NCBI GenBank assembly: GCA_963735035.1
Contig: CAVTJJ010000004.1
Location: 288,001-352,000, forward strand
Source: an uncultured candidate division Zixibacteria bacterium
GTDB lineage: Bacteria > Zixibacteria > MSB-5A5 > GN15 > FEB-12
Direction of reading: 5' to 3'
DNA: 64,000 bases
The translations under genes and the position numbers were made by a program. Positions 10,014-20,390 of the stretch are shown in pieces. Positions within the stretch are counted from its first letter, which is position 1; every line of letters starts with the position of its first letter. Under the pieces are notes generated by a model, which ran no database searches, was not told the DNA's origin, and was given only the letters and a program-made list of their open reading frames with translations.

Positions 10014-10666
10014 TGAAGAGCGACATGACCAAGACCCAAACCAAAGCTGGCACCCGCCCGGCTGACGAATCCTCTACACGGCAGAAGATTTTCGACGCTG
10101 CCCTCAATGAGTTCACCGTCTACGGCAAAGAAGGGGCGCGGATCGACCGGATCGCCAAATCGGCCGGAGTAAACAAGGCGATGATCTACTACCACTTCAG
10201 ATCGAAAGAGGAACTTCATAAAGAGGTGGTGGTTTCTCATTACCAGCGAGTGCGCGAGCGAATTGTTGCGGAGATCAGAAATGACATTTCAGTCGAGGAA
10301 GCTCTCAGGACTCTGGCGCGAATTCACGCCGAGACCGCGCTGCAAAATCCGCAGATGGTGCCGCTCCTGCTTCGTGAGTTGGCCGACCCGAAGGAGGAGA
10401 TCATCGAGGCCATCGCCGAAGTCTTGTCGGGGTCGGGCATTCCAAATCTGATGAGGTCACTAATGCAGCGAGAAGCGGAAACCGGTCAATTCCGCAAAGT
10501 CGATCCCCGTCAGGCGATGGTGGCATTTATCAGCATGAGTCTCGGCTACTATCTCCTATCGCCGATTGTCGATCGCATCATGGTTCACGATGATCGCACC
10601 CGGTTCCTAAATGAACGTCCGGCGGCGATCGTAGACATATTCCTAAACGGTCTTAGGACGAGATGA
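10013..10666 (+). CDS. TetR/AcrR family regulator
   Basis: IFDAALNEF...ARIDRIAKSAGVNKAMIYYHFRSKEEL HTH. Confidence 0.95.
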   Translation: MKSDMTKTQTKAGTRPADESSTRQKIFDAALNEFTVYGKEGARIDRIAKSAGVNKAMIYYHFRSKEELHKEVVVSHYQRVRERIVAEIRNDISVEEALRTLARIHAETALQNPQMVPLLLRELADPKEEIIEAIAEVLSGSGIPNLMRSLMQREAETGQFRKVDPRQAMVAFISMSLGYYLLSPIVDRIMVHDDRTRFLNERPAAIVDIFLNGLRTR

Positions 10667-11967
10667 CTATGAAACAGGTAGTTCTGATTCTACTGATGTT
10701 GACGGCCGCAGGGGTGTCATCGCGTGACCTCTCCCTGGAGCAGGCACTTCAATTGGCACTAGAACATTCTCAGACGCTTAAGGCGGCCGACGAAGATCGT
10801 CTCTCAGCCGAGAGCATGGTGTCTGCGGCCCGGGCCGAGAGATTCCCGACCCTGTCCCTGGACGCGACTGCACGGTATGTCGATCAAGTGCCGGCCCTAT
10901 CCATTGATATCCCGCGAATCGTGCACATAGAACGGGAGATCGGCAGCCATGAGGCGTATCAGGCGGACTGGCGGCTGAGGATCCCGCTTTACACCGGTGG
11001 GCGAATAAGTTCCGCTGTGGCTATGGCCCGGTCGAGTCGTGACTACCAGATCGCCATGAATGATCTCCAGCGCGACCGCGTGTTGCTTCAGGCGCGAGTC
11101 GACTACTTCAATCTTTCACGCGCTATGGAATTGCGCCGTGCCTCCGAAGCGTCTTTGAAGCGCACAGAAGTAATTCAGTCAACCGTCCACTCCCTTTTCG
11201 AAGCGGGTGCGGCGGATTCGATTGATTTACTTGACGCGCGCCTGGCCCGCACGAAGTCGGATTTCGCGCTGCGCCAGGCTGAGATAAATGTAGAAAGCAA
11301 CCGCATCTACCTGCTCAGCTTCCTGGGCCTCTCGGCAACCGAGCAAGTCACATTGACTGATTCACTTCCCGATCCAGCGGCTGACCTAAATCACATCGCG
11401 CCGACCGGCGCACGTCCGGAGTTGACCGCCGCTGCGGCCGGGATCAAGATCGGCGAAGCCAAAGTTGGTACCGAACGCTCAGCGTATTTCCCCTCGCTAT
11501 CGGCTTATGGCGGCTATTCTTATGGCAAGCCGAATCTCGACCAGTTCAACAATACATGGAATCATTACTTCACAGTCGGCGCACAACTCCAATGGTCACT
11601 CAACCTTGGTGGTAAGACCGCTTCGAGGAAGAATGCCACCGTGCATGACCTCGACGCTGCCAAGCGCCACTATGACGACATCGCTGAATCGATTACACGC
11701 GAAACCGATCTGGCGTTCGAGCAACTCCGGCTGGCCCACACCAAGTATTTCAGTGCCCTCGATGAATGGCGGATCGCCGGGGCTGATTTCGAACTGGCTC
11801 GCCAGCAGCATCAGAACGGCGCGCTGACTTCAAATCGCCTGCTCGAAATCGAGGCGTCGCTTTCGCAGGCGGAAGCTTCGCTGGCCGCCGCCAAACTCGA
11901 TTTCTATGTCGCACAGAGCGCCTACTACTTTGCGGTCTCCGATGCCAATCTTGGAAAGGGATTATAG
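10663..11967 (+). CDS. TolC family outer-membrane efflux protein
   Basis: Signal peptide, LSLEQALQLALEHS, duplicated FP(T/S)LS and RPEL motifs; operon context. Confidence 0.9.
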   Translation: MTMKQVVLILLMLTAAGVSSRDLSLEQALQLALEHSQTLKAADEDRLSAESMVSAARAERFPTLSLDATARYVDQVPALSIDIPRIVHIEREIGSHEAYQADWRLRIPLYTGGRISSAVAMARSSRDYQIAMNDLQRDRVLLQARVDYFNLSRAMELRRASEASLKRTEVIQSTVHSLFEAGAADSIDLLDARLARTKSDFALRQAEINVESNRIYLLSFLGLSATEQVTLTDSLPDPAADLNHIAPTGARPELTAAAAGIKIGEAKVGTERSAYFPSLSAYGGYSYGKPNLDQFNNTWNHYFTVGAQLQWSLNLGGKTASRKNATVHDLDAAKRHYDDIAESITRETDLAFEQLRLAHTKYFSALDEWRIAGADFELARQQHQNGALTSNRLLEIEASLSQAEASLAAAKLDFYVAQSAYYFAVSDANLGKGL

Positions 11968-11968
11968 T

Positions 11969-12850
11969 ATGAAACGGCTGATGGCTATTCTGATACCCGG
12001 ACTGTTGACACTGGCCGGCTGTAACAAAGACGACGGTCTCCCCGGCGGGTCGGGGCTTATCGAAACCGAAGAGTCGATTGTCTCGGCGGAGACTTCCGGT
12101 CGGGTCGTGCAACATCGGTTCGACGAAGGCACCGAGCTGCAAATTGGCGATACGCTCGTTGTGATCGACCCGAGTAATCTTGAACTCGAATTGGCTTCGG
12201 CGCGTGCCGGGCTTGATGTCCTCCAGGCACAGTTGTCTTCCGCCCGCGTGCAAGTGCGACAGGCTACCGCCGCCGAAGATTTCGCGCGAACCGAATTCGA
12301 GCGGGTCGACAGACTCGTGAAATCCGGCACGGCCACCGACCGTCAGCACGACCAGGCCTCGTTCGAGCTAAAGAACGGTTCGTTGGCGCGTGAGACTGCC
12401 GAAGCGCAGGTCAAGACGTTCCAGGCGAATGTCACCAAGACCGAAAGCGATATCGCCCGCCTCGAACGTCGTTTGAAAGACTGCTATGCACTCGCCCCGG
12501 TGAGTGGAGTTGTGACCGAGAAGTTTGTCGAACCCGGTGAACTGTTATCTCCGGGGAAATCGATTGCTCGTATTTCCCGACTGGACACGGTCACAGTCAA
12601 AGTCTATCTCACAGCCGACCGGTTCGCCGGTGTCAAATTGGGCGATCCGGCCAAAGTGAGTACCGAAACCGGTGGCTGCAATTATCCCGGAACAGTGATT
12701 TGGACTTCGGACGAAGCCGAGTTCACACCCAAGAATGTCGAGACCGAAGAAGCGCGCGCCGATCTTGTCTACGCAGTCAAAGTCTCGATTCCGAATCCGG
12801 ACCGCACGCTAAAAGTGGGAATGCCGGTGTACGTCACGCTGGAGAAGTAA
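11969..12850 (+). CDS. HlyD/YbhG-type periplasmic adaptor lipoprotein
   Basis: LAGC lipobox, APVSGVV, EAEFTPKNVET, LKVGMP; start reassigned to ATG 11969. Confidence 0.9.
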   Translation: MKRLMAILIPGLLTLAGCNKDDGLPGGSGLIETEESIVSAETSGRVVQHRFDEGTELQIGDTLVVIDPSNLELELASARAGLDVLQAQLSSARVQVRQATAAEDFARTEFERVDRLVKSGTATDRQHDQASFELKNGSLARETAEAQVKTFQANVTKTESDIARLERRLKDCYALAPVSGVVTEKFVEPGELLSPGKSIARISRLDTVTVKVYLTADRFAGVKLGDPAKVSTETGGCNYPGTVIWTSDEAEFTPKNVETEEARADLVYAVKVSIPNPDRTLKVGMPVYVTLEK

Positions 12851-13764
12851 TGTCATTCCTGGTCGCCGACAGCCTGGTCAAGAAGTACGGCGCGCTCACG
12901 GCGCTCGATCAGTTCTCGCTGAGTGTTGATGCGGGGACGATCTTCGCACTGGTCGGTCCCGACGGAGCCGGGAAGACGACCATGATCCGTATTCTCTGTC
13001 GCCTGCTCGATCCCGATTCAGGAAGCGTCACGATCGATGGTCGTAACATTGCCCGTGACTATGAATTGGTGAAACCGATTCTCGGTTACATGCCGCAGCA
13101 GTTTTCGCTTTATCCGGATTTGTCGATTGAGGAAAACCTGACTTTCTACGCCGGACTATATGGCATCACTGGCAAACGGTATCGCGACAAACGCGACAGT
13201 TTGTATGAATTTTCCAACCTGGGACCGTTCGCGTCGCGTCGTGCGGGCGCTTTGTCAGGTGGGATGAAACAGAAGCTGGCGCTCTCGTGCGCGCTGATTC
13301 ATGACCCGCGCCTGTTGATTCTCGACGAACCCACCACCGGAGTAGATCCGTTGTCACGCCGTCAGTTCTGGGAAACACTGCTTCAATTGAAATCCGAGGG
13401 TGTGACGATACTGGTTTCGACCCCGTACATGGACGAGGTCGCGCGGTGTGACCGGGCCGCGTTCATTCTGCATGGCCGCAAACTGGCCGAGGACAGCCCG
13501 ATGGGCCTGGCGGAGTCGTTTGCGGGTCGAATATACTACGTGGCGTCCAAACCGACTGTCGCGTTACTGGAGCAGATCAACCGGATTGACGGCATTTCGG
13601 CGGCCCGATTCGGCGCCGGACTGCATCTCTATCTCGGACAAAACGACTCGATTGACCGGCATCTTCAAGAACTGGGCGGACTCGGAATTCAGCCGAATCT
13701 GATTACACCGATCAAGGCCGATCTCGAAGACCGTTTCATTCAGCTAATGGAGAGTGGCGCATGA
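12850..13764 (+). CDS. ABC transporter ATP-binding protein (YbhF-like)
   Basis: GPDGAGKTT, LSGGMKQK, LILDEPT; ATG overlaps upstream TAA. Confidence 0.93.
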   Translation: MSFLVADSLVKKYGALTALDQFSLSVDAGTIFALVGPDGAGKTTMIRILCRLLDPDSGSVTIDGRNIARDYELVKPILGYMPQQFSLYPDLSIEENLTFYAGLYGITGKRYRDKRDSLYEFSNLGPFASRRAGALSGGMKQKLALSCALIHDPRLLILDEPTTGVDPLSRRQFWETLLQLKSEGVTILVSTPYMDEVARCDRAAFILHGRKLAEDSPMGLAESFAGRIYYVASKPTVALLEQINRIDGISAARFGAGLHLYLGQNDSIDRHLQELGGLGIQPNLITPIKADLEDRFIQLMESGA

Positions 13765-14522
13765 TTTACCCCGCCCAGGATACGCGCCACGCCGTGGAGA
13801 TACAGAATCTGAGCCGTCAGTTCGGCCAGTTTACGGCGGTCGACAAGATAACGCTCCAGGTCGAATACGGGGAGATATTCGGCTTTCTCGGAGCTAACGG
13901 TGCCGGCAAGACAACGGCTATCCGCATGCTGTGCGGCCTGCTCATGCCGAGCTCCGGCACGGGTCGAGTGGCAGAGTACGATATCTACCGTCAGCCGGAA
14001 CTGATCAAGCGAAGCATCGGCTATATGTCGCAGAAGTTCTCGCTGTACCGCGATCTGACAGGTCGCGAGAATCTCGCGTTCTACGGTGCGGCATACGGGC
14101 TGGGCAACAGTGAACTGAAGGCCCGCGTTGCCGAGCTGACCGAACGACTGGAGCTCGGTGAGTTTATCGACGAGTTGTCCGGCAAGCTCCCGGTCGGTTG
14201 GCGCCAGCGTTTGGCATTGGCCGCGGCGATTCTACACAAACCGCGCATCCTGTTTCTGGATGAGCCTACCGCTGGGGTCGATCCGGTCTTTAGGCGCCGT
14301 TTTTGGGGGCTGCTGTACGAGCTAGCTGATTCCGGGGTGTCGATCTTTGTCACGACCCACTACATGGACGAAGCCGAGTACTGCGGTCGTATCTCTATCA
14401 TGCACCGTGGGAAGATCATCGAGCAGGGGAGTCCTTTCGACCTAAAACAGAAACATGACACACACTCGCTAGAGGACCTCTTCATCGACCTGATTCGCGG
14501 TCAGGAGGTCGAGCGTGCATAG
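13761..14522 (+). CDS. ABC transporter ATP-binding protein (YbhF-like)
   Basis: GANGAGKTT, LFLDEPT, TTHYMDEAE. Confidence 0.93.
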   Translation: MIYPAQDTRHAVEIQNLSRQFGQFTAVDKITLQVEYGEIFGFLGANGAGKTTAIRMLCGLLMPSSGTGRVAEYDIYRQPELIKRSIGYMSQKFSLYRDLTGRENLAFYGAAYGLGNSELKARVAELTERLELGEFIDELSGKLPVGWRQRLALAAAILHKPRILFLDEPTAGVDPVFRRRFWGLLYELADSGVSIFVTTHYMDEAEYCGRISIMHRGKIIEQGSPFDLKQKHDTHSLEDLFIDLIRGQEVERA

Positions 14523-15621
14523 AATCAAGTTCATCGCGCAAAAAGAGCTGTATCACATCATGCGCGATTATCGCTCGCTCATAATCGTAATCGCCATGCC
14601 GATCATGATGATCTTCCTCTACGGCTATGCGATCAACATGGATATCGAGCACGTCACTCTGGCCGTAGTGGATTTTGACCACACGCTTGAGTCGCGGCAG
14701 TTTGCTCGTCAATTCTACGACTCACCGTATTTCAACGCCCCTAAAGAGGCGGTCGATCTGGCCGACCCCGAGCAGGTGCTTCGTTCAGGCCACGCCTCGG
14801 CGGTGCTCTATATACCGGTCGGATTCAGTGAAGCGCTGATGAGAGGTAAGAAATTCTACGTTGGCATGTCAGTCGACGGGACCGATGCGTCGCTCGCGTC
14901 GGCGGTACAGGCGTATTCCAATGGGGTGCTCTTCCAGTTCCTGAAAGATCGTCTCCCGCCAAAATACGAACTTCCGGGGGTGTCAATCTCCCAGCAGGTG
15001 CTCTATAATCCTGACCTGAAGTCATCGCATTTTCTGGTTCCCGGCCTGGTGGCGATGATTCTAATGATGATCTCGGCGCTGATGACTTCGATGACCATCG
15101 CCCGCGAAAAAGAGTCTGGCACGATGGAACAGCTCTTGACCACCCCGGTGAAGCCGAGCGAAGTGTTGATCGGCAAGCTGCTGCCGTATGTAGTGATCGC
15201 GTTTCTCGATGGTGTCCTGGTGCTCTTGTTTGCGCGGCTGGTGTTCGGGGTGCCGTTTGTCGGTTCACACACGCTGCTTCTGTTCTTCGGCTTGATCTAT
15301 GTAAGCACGGCGCTCTCACTGGGCATTCTGGTTTCGTCGCTTGTTAAGACGCTTCAGGAAGCCACCATGCTGGCGCAGATGCTGACGCTACTCCCGTCGG
15401 TGATGCTCTCCGGCCTCATCTTCGCGATCAAGAACATGCCGGTAGTTCTCCAGGCAATCAGCCACGTCGTGCCGGCCAGATACTTCGTAGTGATCATCCG
15501 GGGCATCATGCTCAAAGGCGCCGGGTTCGCCGTGCTGATGCCGCAGGCGGGAGCGCTCATCTTGCTCATGAGCGTGCTGATGTTCGTGGCGGCCAAGAAA
15601 TTCAAGACGCGGGTGGGATAA
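14515..15621 (+). CDS. ABC-2 permease (YbhS-like)
   Basis: YNPDLKS, REKESGTMEQLLTTP, multiple TM helices. Confidence 0.92.
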   Translation: MHRIKFIAQKELYHIMRDYRSLIIVIAMPIMMIFLYGYAINMDIEHVTLAVVDFDHTLESRQFARQFYDSPYFNAPKEAVDLADPEQVLRSGHASAVLYIPVGFSEALMRGKKFYVGMSVDGTDASLASAVQAYSNGVLFQFLKDRLPPKYELPGVSISQQVLYNPDLKSSHFLVPGLVAMILMMISALMTSMTIAREKESGTMEQLLTTPVKPSEVLIGKLLPYVVIAFLDGVLVLLFARLVFGVPFVGSHTLLLFFGLIYVSTALSLGILVSSLVKTLQEATMLAQMLTLLPSVMLSGLIFAIKNMPVVLQAISHVVPARYFVVIIRGIMLKGAGFAVLMPQAGALILLMSVLMFVAAKKFKTRVG

Positions 15622-15622
15622 T

Positions 15623-16735
15623 ATGTGGCGCGCTTATTTGGGACTCATCCGCAAGGAATTTATCCAAATCCGCCGGGATCGGAACATGGTTCGGATTATC
15701 TTCCTGATGCCGGTTCTGCAACTACTCTTGCTGGGTTACGCGGTCAATACCGATGTCAAGAAGATCAGCACGGACATTTACGATTTCGATCGCAGCCGCG
15801 AGTCGCGCGAGTTCGTGAGAGCTTTCGATGCGGGCGACTATTTTATTCCGTCTGACCGACTCGCAGTCGGCGATAACGCTCCCCTGTGGGAGCTTCAGGA
15901 CCGGTTCCGTAGAAACGAGACGCAACTGGCGATAGTAATTCCTGAGGATTTCTCGGAGAAGATCGCACAGAGAAAGAATGTCAGCATTGGGATACTCGCC
16001 GACGGTTCCGACGCCAACGCCGCCCGGGCCGGTCTTGGCTACACCGGGTTGATAGTCCGGCAGTACAGCCAGCGGGTGGCCGGGCTGGAATTGCCGTTGG
16101 AAATACGGCCGAACTTTCTCTATAACCCGGAATTGGAATCAGTGTACTACATGGTGCCGGGGATTGTATCGACGCTCCTGACCATGGTTACAATGATGCT
16201 CACCGCTATGGGCATTGTCCGCGAGCGGGAAATGGGCACGCTGGAACAGATCTCGGTCACTCCGATTCCGGGATATGTTCTTCTGCTTGGAAAGATAACT
16301 ACGTTTGGGCTGCTGGGGTTGCTGGAGATGGCCATTGCGTTGGCGATTGGCATTCTCTGGTTCGGAATTCCATTCGCTGGTTCGCCGCTCTTGCTGGTGG
16401 CACTTGCGGCGTTGTATCTGTTGACAACTCTTGGCCTCGGGACGTTCTTTTCCACGATTTCATCCACCCAGCAACAGGCGATGTTTGTCGCCTGGTTCTT
16501 CAGCGTATTCGCTATCCTGACTTCGGGTTTCTTCTCGCCGATCTCCAATATGCCGGTTTGGATGCAACGCGTGACTCTGATTAACCCGATGCGGTTCTTC
16601 ATGGAAATAGTTCGCAGTATCATGATGAAAGGTTCCGGTGCGGCCGATTTACTGCCGGAAATCGGGGCTATTGCCCTGTACGGGGTGGTGATCTTCACCC
16701 TGGCGGCCCTCCGGTTCAGGAAGCGGACGGCGTAA
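15623..16735 (+). CDS. ABC-2 permease (YbhR-like)
   Basis: KEFIQIRRD, YNPELES, REREMGTLEQ, multiple TM helices. Confidence 0.92.
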   Translation: MWRAYLGLIRKEFIQIRRDRNMVRIIFLMPVLQLLLLGYAVNTDVKKISTDIYDFDRSRESREFVRAFDAGDYFIPSDRLAVGDNAPLWELQDRFRRNETQLAIVIPEDFSEKIAQRKNVSIGILADGSDANAARAGLGYTGLIVRQYSQRVAGLELPLEIRPNFLYNPELESVYYMVPGIVSTLLTMVTMMLTAMGIVREREMGTLEQISVTPIPGYVLLLGKITTFGLLGLLEMAIALAIGILWFGIPFAGSPLLLVALAALYLLTTLGLGTFFSTISSTQQQAMFVAWFFSVFAILTSGFFSPISNMPVWMQRVTLINPMRFFMEIVRSIMMKGSGAADLLPEIGAIALYGVVIFTLAALRFRKRTA

Positions 16736-16812
16736 TCGGAGAGTGAAAGGAACTTATTTCGTTTTTCGGCATTACAATAGGTCGGTTAAAACTGTGAACA
16801 AGGACGACGACA

Positions 16813-17295
16813 ATGTCGGTACAAACGAAACTCGAAATCGGCGCCAAGGCGCCGGCATTTGCACTTCCCGATCAGTCCGAGAAGGAAGTTTCTCTCAAGG
16901 ATTTCAAAGGGCAATGGGTGGTGCTGTATTTCTATCCCAAAGATGATACTCCTGGCTGCACGGTTGAAGCGTGTGATTTTACTTCCGGGCTGAAAGCGTT
17001 CGAGAAGTTGAATGCGGTGGTTCTTGGAGTCAGCCCCGATTCCCCGGCGAGTCACCGGAAATTCATCACACACCATGATCTTGAAATCAGACTTCTCGCA
17101 GACGAAGAGCGTACCGTGATGAAAGATTACGGTGCCTGGGGTCTCAAGAATATGTACGGCAAAGAAGTCGAGGGAGTGATTCGCTCGACCTTTATCATAG
17201 ATCCGAAAGGGAAGATCGGCCACGCCTGGTACGGTGTGAAGGCCGACGGCCACGCCGAAAAGGTAAGAGAGAAGCTGGCTGAGTTGGCCGCGTAA
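16813..17295 (+). CDS. bcp: Bacterioferritin comigratory protein (peroxiredoxin Q)
   Basis: VLYFYPKDDTPGCTVEAC motif. Confidence 0.95.
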   Translation: MSVQTKLEIGAKAPAFALPDQSEKEVSLKDFKGQWVVLYFYPKDDTPGCTVEACDFTSGLKAFEKLNAVVLGVSPDSPASHRKFITHHDLEIRLLADEERTVMKDYGAWGLKNMYGKEVEGVIRSTFIIDPKGKIGHAWYGVKADGHAEKVREKLAELAA

Positions 17296-17313
17296 TGTCG
17301 CTACAAGGCCTTG

Positions 17314-17495
17314 GGGCCTGTTGAAAAAGCCCGTCCAATCGTCATTGCGAGCGGAGGTGGCCCGCCGCCAGGCGGGACAGCGTAGCGCGGCAATCTCAAG
17401 CTCGTTTTGACAGCGTTATTTGAGATCGCCACGTCTCGCCTGCGAAGCGCAGTCGAGACTCGCGATGACGGGGAAGGGACTTTTTCGACACTCCC
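17314..17495 (+). mobile_element. MITE-like element: RPE-like core inside terminal inverted repeats
   Basis: gggcctgttgaaaaag ... ctttttcgacactccc around the 17341-17469 palindromic core. Confidence 0.75.
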
Positions 17496-17571
17496 GTTGT
17501 ACCTGGTGCCCGGCCGATGCCCACATCGGCCGACTGACTGAGCCAACGTATACAATCGAGGATCCACCGCC

Positions 17572-18477
17572 ATGAGAATCCTGGTCTCCGGTTCGCACGG
17601 ACTTATCGGACGCGCGGTTGTCACCGCCCTGACACAAGCCGGGCATGATACAATCGCCCTTACCCGCGCGAAAGAACCTGCTTCGATAAGTAGCCCTGTG
17701 TGGGAGCCAATCCGTAACAAATCCTGGGAGAGCGACATCGGTACGATCGACGCCGTTGTGCATCTGGCCGGTGAAAATCTGGGGGCGCGACGGTGGACGC
17801 CTGATGTGAAGCGCCGACTTCGCGACAGTCGCACAGTAGGTACCGAACAGTTGTGCCGTCAGTTGGCGAGCTTGAAGTCACCGCCCAAAGTGCTCGTATC
17901 GGCATCGGCAGTGGGATATTACGGTGACCGTGGCGACATGGTGCTCACTGAAAGTGCGATGTGCGGCGAAGGCTTCTTGAGCGAATTGTGCCGTGAATGG
18001 GAGGCGGCCTGCAAACCGGCGGCGAAAGCGGGTATCAGGACTGTTTATCTCCGGTTTGGGATGGTGCTTTCGCGAAGCGGCGGGGCGCTGGCAAAATTGC
18101 TGCCCATGTTCAAAATTGGTCTCGGTGGTCGGCTCGGTTCGGGTCGGCAATGGATGAGTTGGATCGCGATCGATGACTTAGTGGCAGCGGTGTTATTCAG
18201 TGTCACTGACTCACGACTGCAGGGCCCGGTCAATATTGTTTCGCCTAACCCTGTGACCAATCGAGAGTTCACGAGCACGATGGGGAAGATTCTGCGGCGG
18301 CCCACGATATTCTCGGCGCCGGCGTGGGCCCTTCGTATCGGCCTGGGGGAGATGGCGGACGAAATGCTTTTGGCGTCGACCCGCGTGGAACCGAAGAAGC
18401 TACTTGAGAATGGTTACCAGTTCAGATACCCCGATTTGGAATCGGCCCTTCGGCACGTGATTATGAACGACAATTAA
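17572..18477 (+). CDS. TIGR01777/YfcH family NAD-dependent epimerase-like protein
   Basis: SGSHGLIG, HLAGE, SASAVGYYG, LGGRLGSGRQWMSWI. Confidence 0.92.
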   Translation: MRILVSGSHGLIGRAVVTALTQAGHDTIALTRAKEPASISSPVWEPIRNKSWESDIGTIDAVVHLAGENLGARRWTPDVKRRLRDSRTVGTEQLCRQLASLKSPPKVLVSASAVGYYGDRGDMVLTESAMCGEGFLSELCREWEAACKPAAKAGIRTVYLRFGMVLSRSGGALAKLLPMFKIGLGGRLGSGRQWMSWIAIDDLVAAVLFSVTDSRLQGPVNIVSPNPVTNREFTSTMGKILRRPTIFSAPAWALRIGLGEMADEMLLASTRVEPKKLLENGYQFRYPDLESALRHVIMNDN

Positions 18478-18608
18478 CTTGATTCCGATGGGAATCGGTG
18501 CGTATAAGTAGGATATATGGATTGCGATGATGGTAGGAGTCGGTATAGGTATGCCGCCCGCCTGCCGATCTAATATGGATAGTATATGCTTTGTTCACGG
18601 AGGATAAT

Positions 18609-18809
18609 ATGAGAGAGATGATCGGTGAAGCCGCCGGCAAAGTCTGGCGGACATTAAGTCAGCACAAGGAAATCAGCCTTTCGCAGATTCCGAAACTGGT
18701 CGGCGAGAAGGACACAGTGGTCTATCAGGCGGTCGGATGGCTGGCCTGCGAAAACAAGATTCAGTATCGCAACGACCGCAACCGGACGCTGGTCTCGTTG
18801 CGTTCGTAG
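18609..18809 (+). CDS. Small winged-helix protein (DUF2582-like)
   Basis: IGEAAGKVWRTL...AVGWLACENKI; GGAGG RBS at 18599. Confidence 0.85.
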   Translation: MREMIGEAAGKVWRTLSQHKEISLSQIPKLVGEKDTVVYQAVGWLACENKIQYRNDRNRTLVSLRS

Positions 18810-18996
18810 ACGCGCGGTCAGTGTGACGTCGGGCATCTCTGCCCGACGGTAACTTCTTCGATTCAATCAAATCAGGCCCCTCGACCCGGCAGGTCGGGGT
18901 GTGTGCGGCTGGCATATCTGTCATGTTGTAGAATATCTGTCGACATAGGCTCCCGCCCCTAGACGACCGCCCCTCTGAAGCTTCCACTGTTCTGGC

Positions 18997-19329
18997 TTAG
19001 TCCTTAAACAGATCGTCGAAATTCTTCCGGCGCGATTCCTTGTTGTCTGTCCGCTGCCTGATGCCGCCCGCGCCCTTGACCACCTCGCGCACCTGGAAGA
19101 AATCACAGAAATTGGCTTTGTTCTTGTTCAGCACCGGATGATCGACATTCTCGCGACACTGGTGCCGTCGCGTGGGATCAAAATGCCGACAGCCGCGGCA
19201 GGTGCGAAGATCAGCGAGGCAGTTCTGGCACTGATCGTGCCGCGTGACACTGCCCTTGGAGCCGGACGGTCGCCCGCAACTCCAGCAGAGCAGACCTTCT
19301 TCTTTCAGTTCGCCGCCGTGTAAAGCCAT
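18997..19329 (-). CDS. Cys-rich, probably zinc-binding hypothetical protein
   Basis: CWSC, CQNC, CRGC, C, NFCDFF; C-terminal FDDLFK. Confidence 0.7.
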   Translation of the reverse strand: MALHGGELKEEGLLCWSCGRPSGSKGSVTRHDQCQNCLADLRTCRGCRHFDPTRRHQCRENVDHPVLNKNKANFCDFFQVREVVKGAGGIRQRTDNKESRRKNFDDLFKD

Positions 19330-19427
19330 ACATAATTATACGCTGAATCACGGTGTTCGTCAAGCTTGATGGGATGGTATCTTTGCGACAGAAGCGATCG
19401 TAACGCCTTGAGGAATCCCACCCGTTG

Positions 19428-19609
19428 GGGAGTGTTGAAAAAGTCTCTTCCCCGTCATCGCGAGTCTCGACCGCGCTTCGCGGGCGAGATGTGGCGATCT
19501 CAAATGACACTGACACAACGAGCTTGAGATTGCCACGCTAAGCTGACCCGCCTCACGGCGTGCCATCTCCGCTCGCAATGACGATTAGACAGCCTTTTTC
19601 AAGACTCCC
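19428..19609 (-). mobile_element. MITE-like element (reverse copy)
   Basis: gggagtgttgaaaaag ... ctttttcaagactccc around a reverse RPE-like core. Confidence 0.8.
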
Positions 19610-19694
19610 GCTGGGTGGGGTACCGAAGAATTGGCGCAGACTAGGATTCTGCCCTACGAATCTGAGATAGTAGACACTTCTCACCAATTATCAC

Positions 19695-19723
19695 TTGACA
19701 CGACGCCCGCGTATAGTTATGCT
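19695..19723 (+). promoter_or_regulatory. Near-consensus sigma70 promoter
   Basis: TTGACA(19695)-N17-TATGCT(19718). Confidence 0.75.
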
Positions 19724-19729
19724 TACGGT

Positions 19730-20030
19730 GCAGTTCACGCTGCACCGCCATACGATCACACATTCGACCTTGCACCTTGGGACTTTCAACTACACGCTCA
19801 CTAATCACGTGGGTCAGTTGTGTGGACCCTCACACCACCTGGACGGACTGGAACGCGTCAGGGGTCCGATTGCAGGCCCCGGTCGGACGGCCGGGAAACT
19901 TGACGTGTTAGAGTTCGGCTGGGGGAAATTCCTCACATTTGTTCGCCACGCTGCGACAGACACGGACGGTAGTATTACGTCCGTTGTGAGGGGGGCGCCT
20001 GCCCCGGTCTTTGCGCCGGGGCAGGTGTTC
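19730..20030 (+). ncRNA. Candidate structured non-coding RNA (~300 nt), family unknown
   Basis: Promoter upstream, several nested helices, closing GC hairpin at 19998-20025, no credible ORF. Confidence 0.5.
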
Positions 20031-20064
20031 TGTTGATGTGCAGGTGAATTGTGCGGAAGATCAT

Positions 20065-20370
20065 GCTTTCGTAGGGCAGAACCCGAGTCCGCCAAAGGCG
20101 GGCGAGCGGTTCTGCTACACTTCGACCCTTCGACATGCTCAGGGCTCAGTGTGACTTTGAAATGGCAGAATCACCCCACCGAGGCGGCGGGGGATTCTGC
20201 CCTACGTTAACTTAACAACATAAACCCGGCAGACGAGGACCCCCGATCAAGTCTAGGGCAGGCATCTGCCGGGCACAGTTATTGTCGATGCGGGCGTCAG
20301 GTCACACGCCCCGCTGAAGCGGGTCGCAGGACCCCCGATTAAGTCGGGGGCAAGCTCTGACGCAACCTGG
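20065..20370. repeat. Cluster of REP-like palindromes
   Basis: gtagggcagaacccgag..ggcgagcggttctgc (also near 62684), ccttcgaca..ctcaggg, gcgtcaggtcacac..ctgacgcaac (also near 61869). Confidence 0.7.
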
Positions 20371-20390
20371 CGGCACTGGGGCAACTCATC

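Noticed and set aside
19695..20036. 113-aa plus-strand ORF
   Set aside because: Its TTG start is the -35 box itself; no RBS or recognisable protein features
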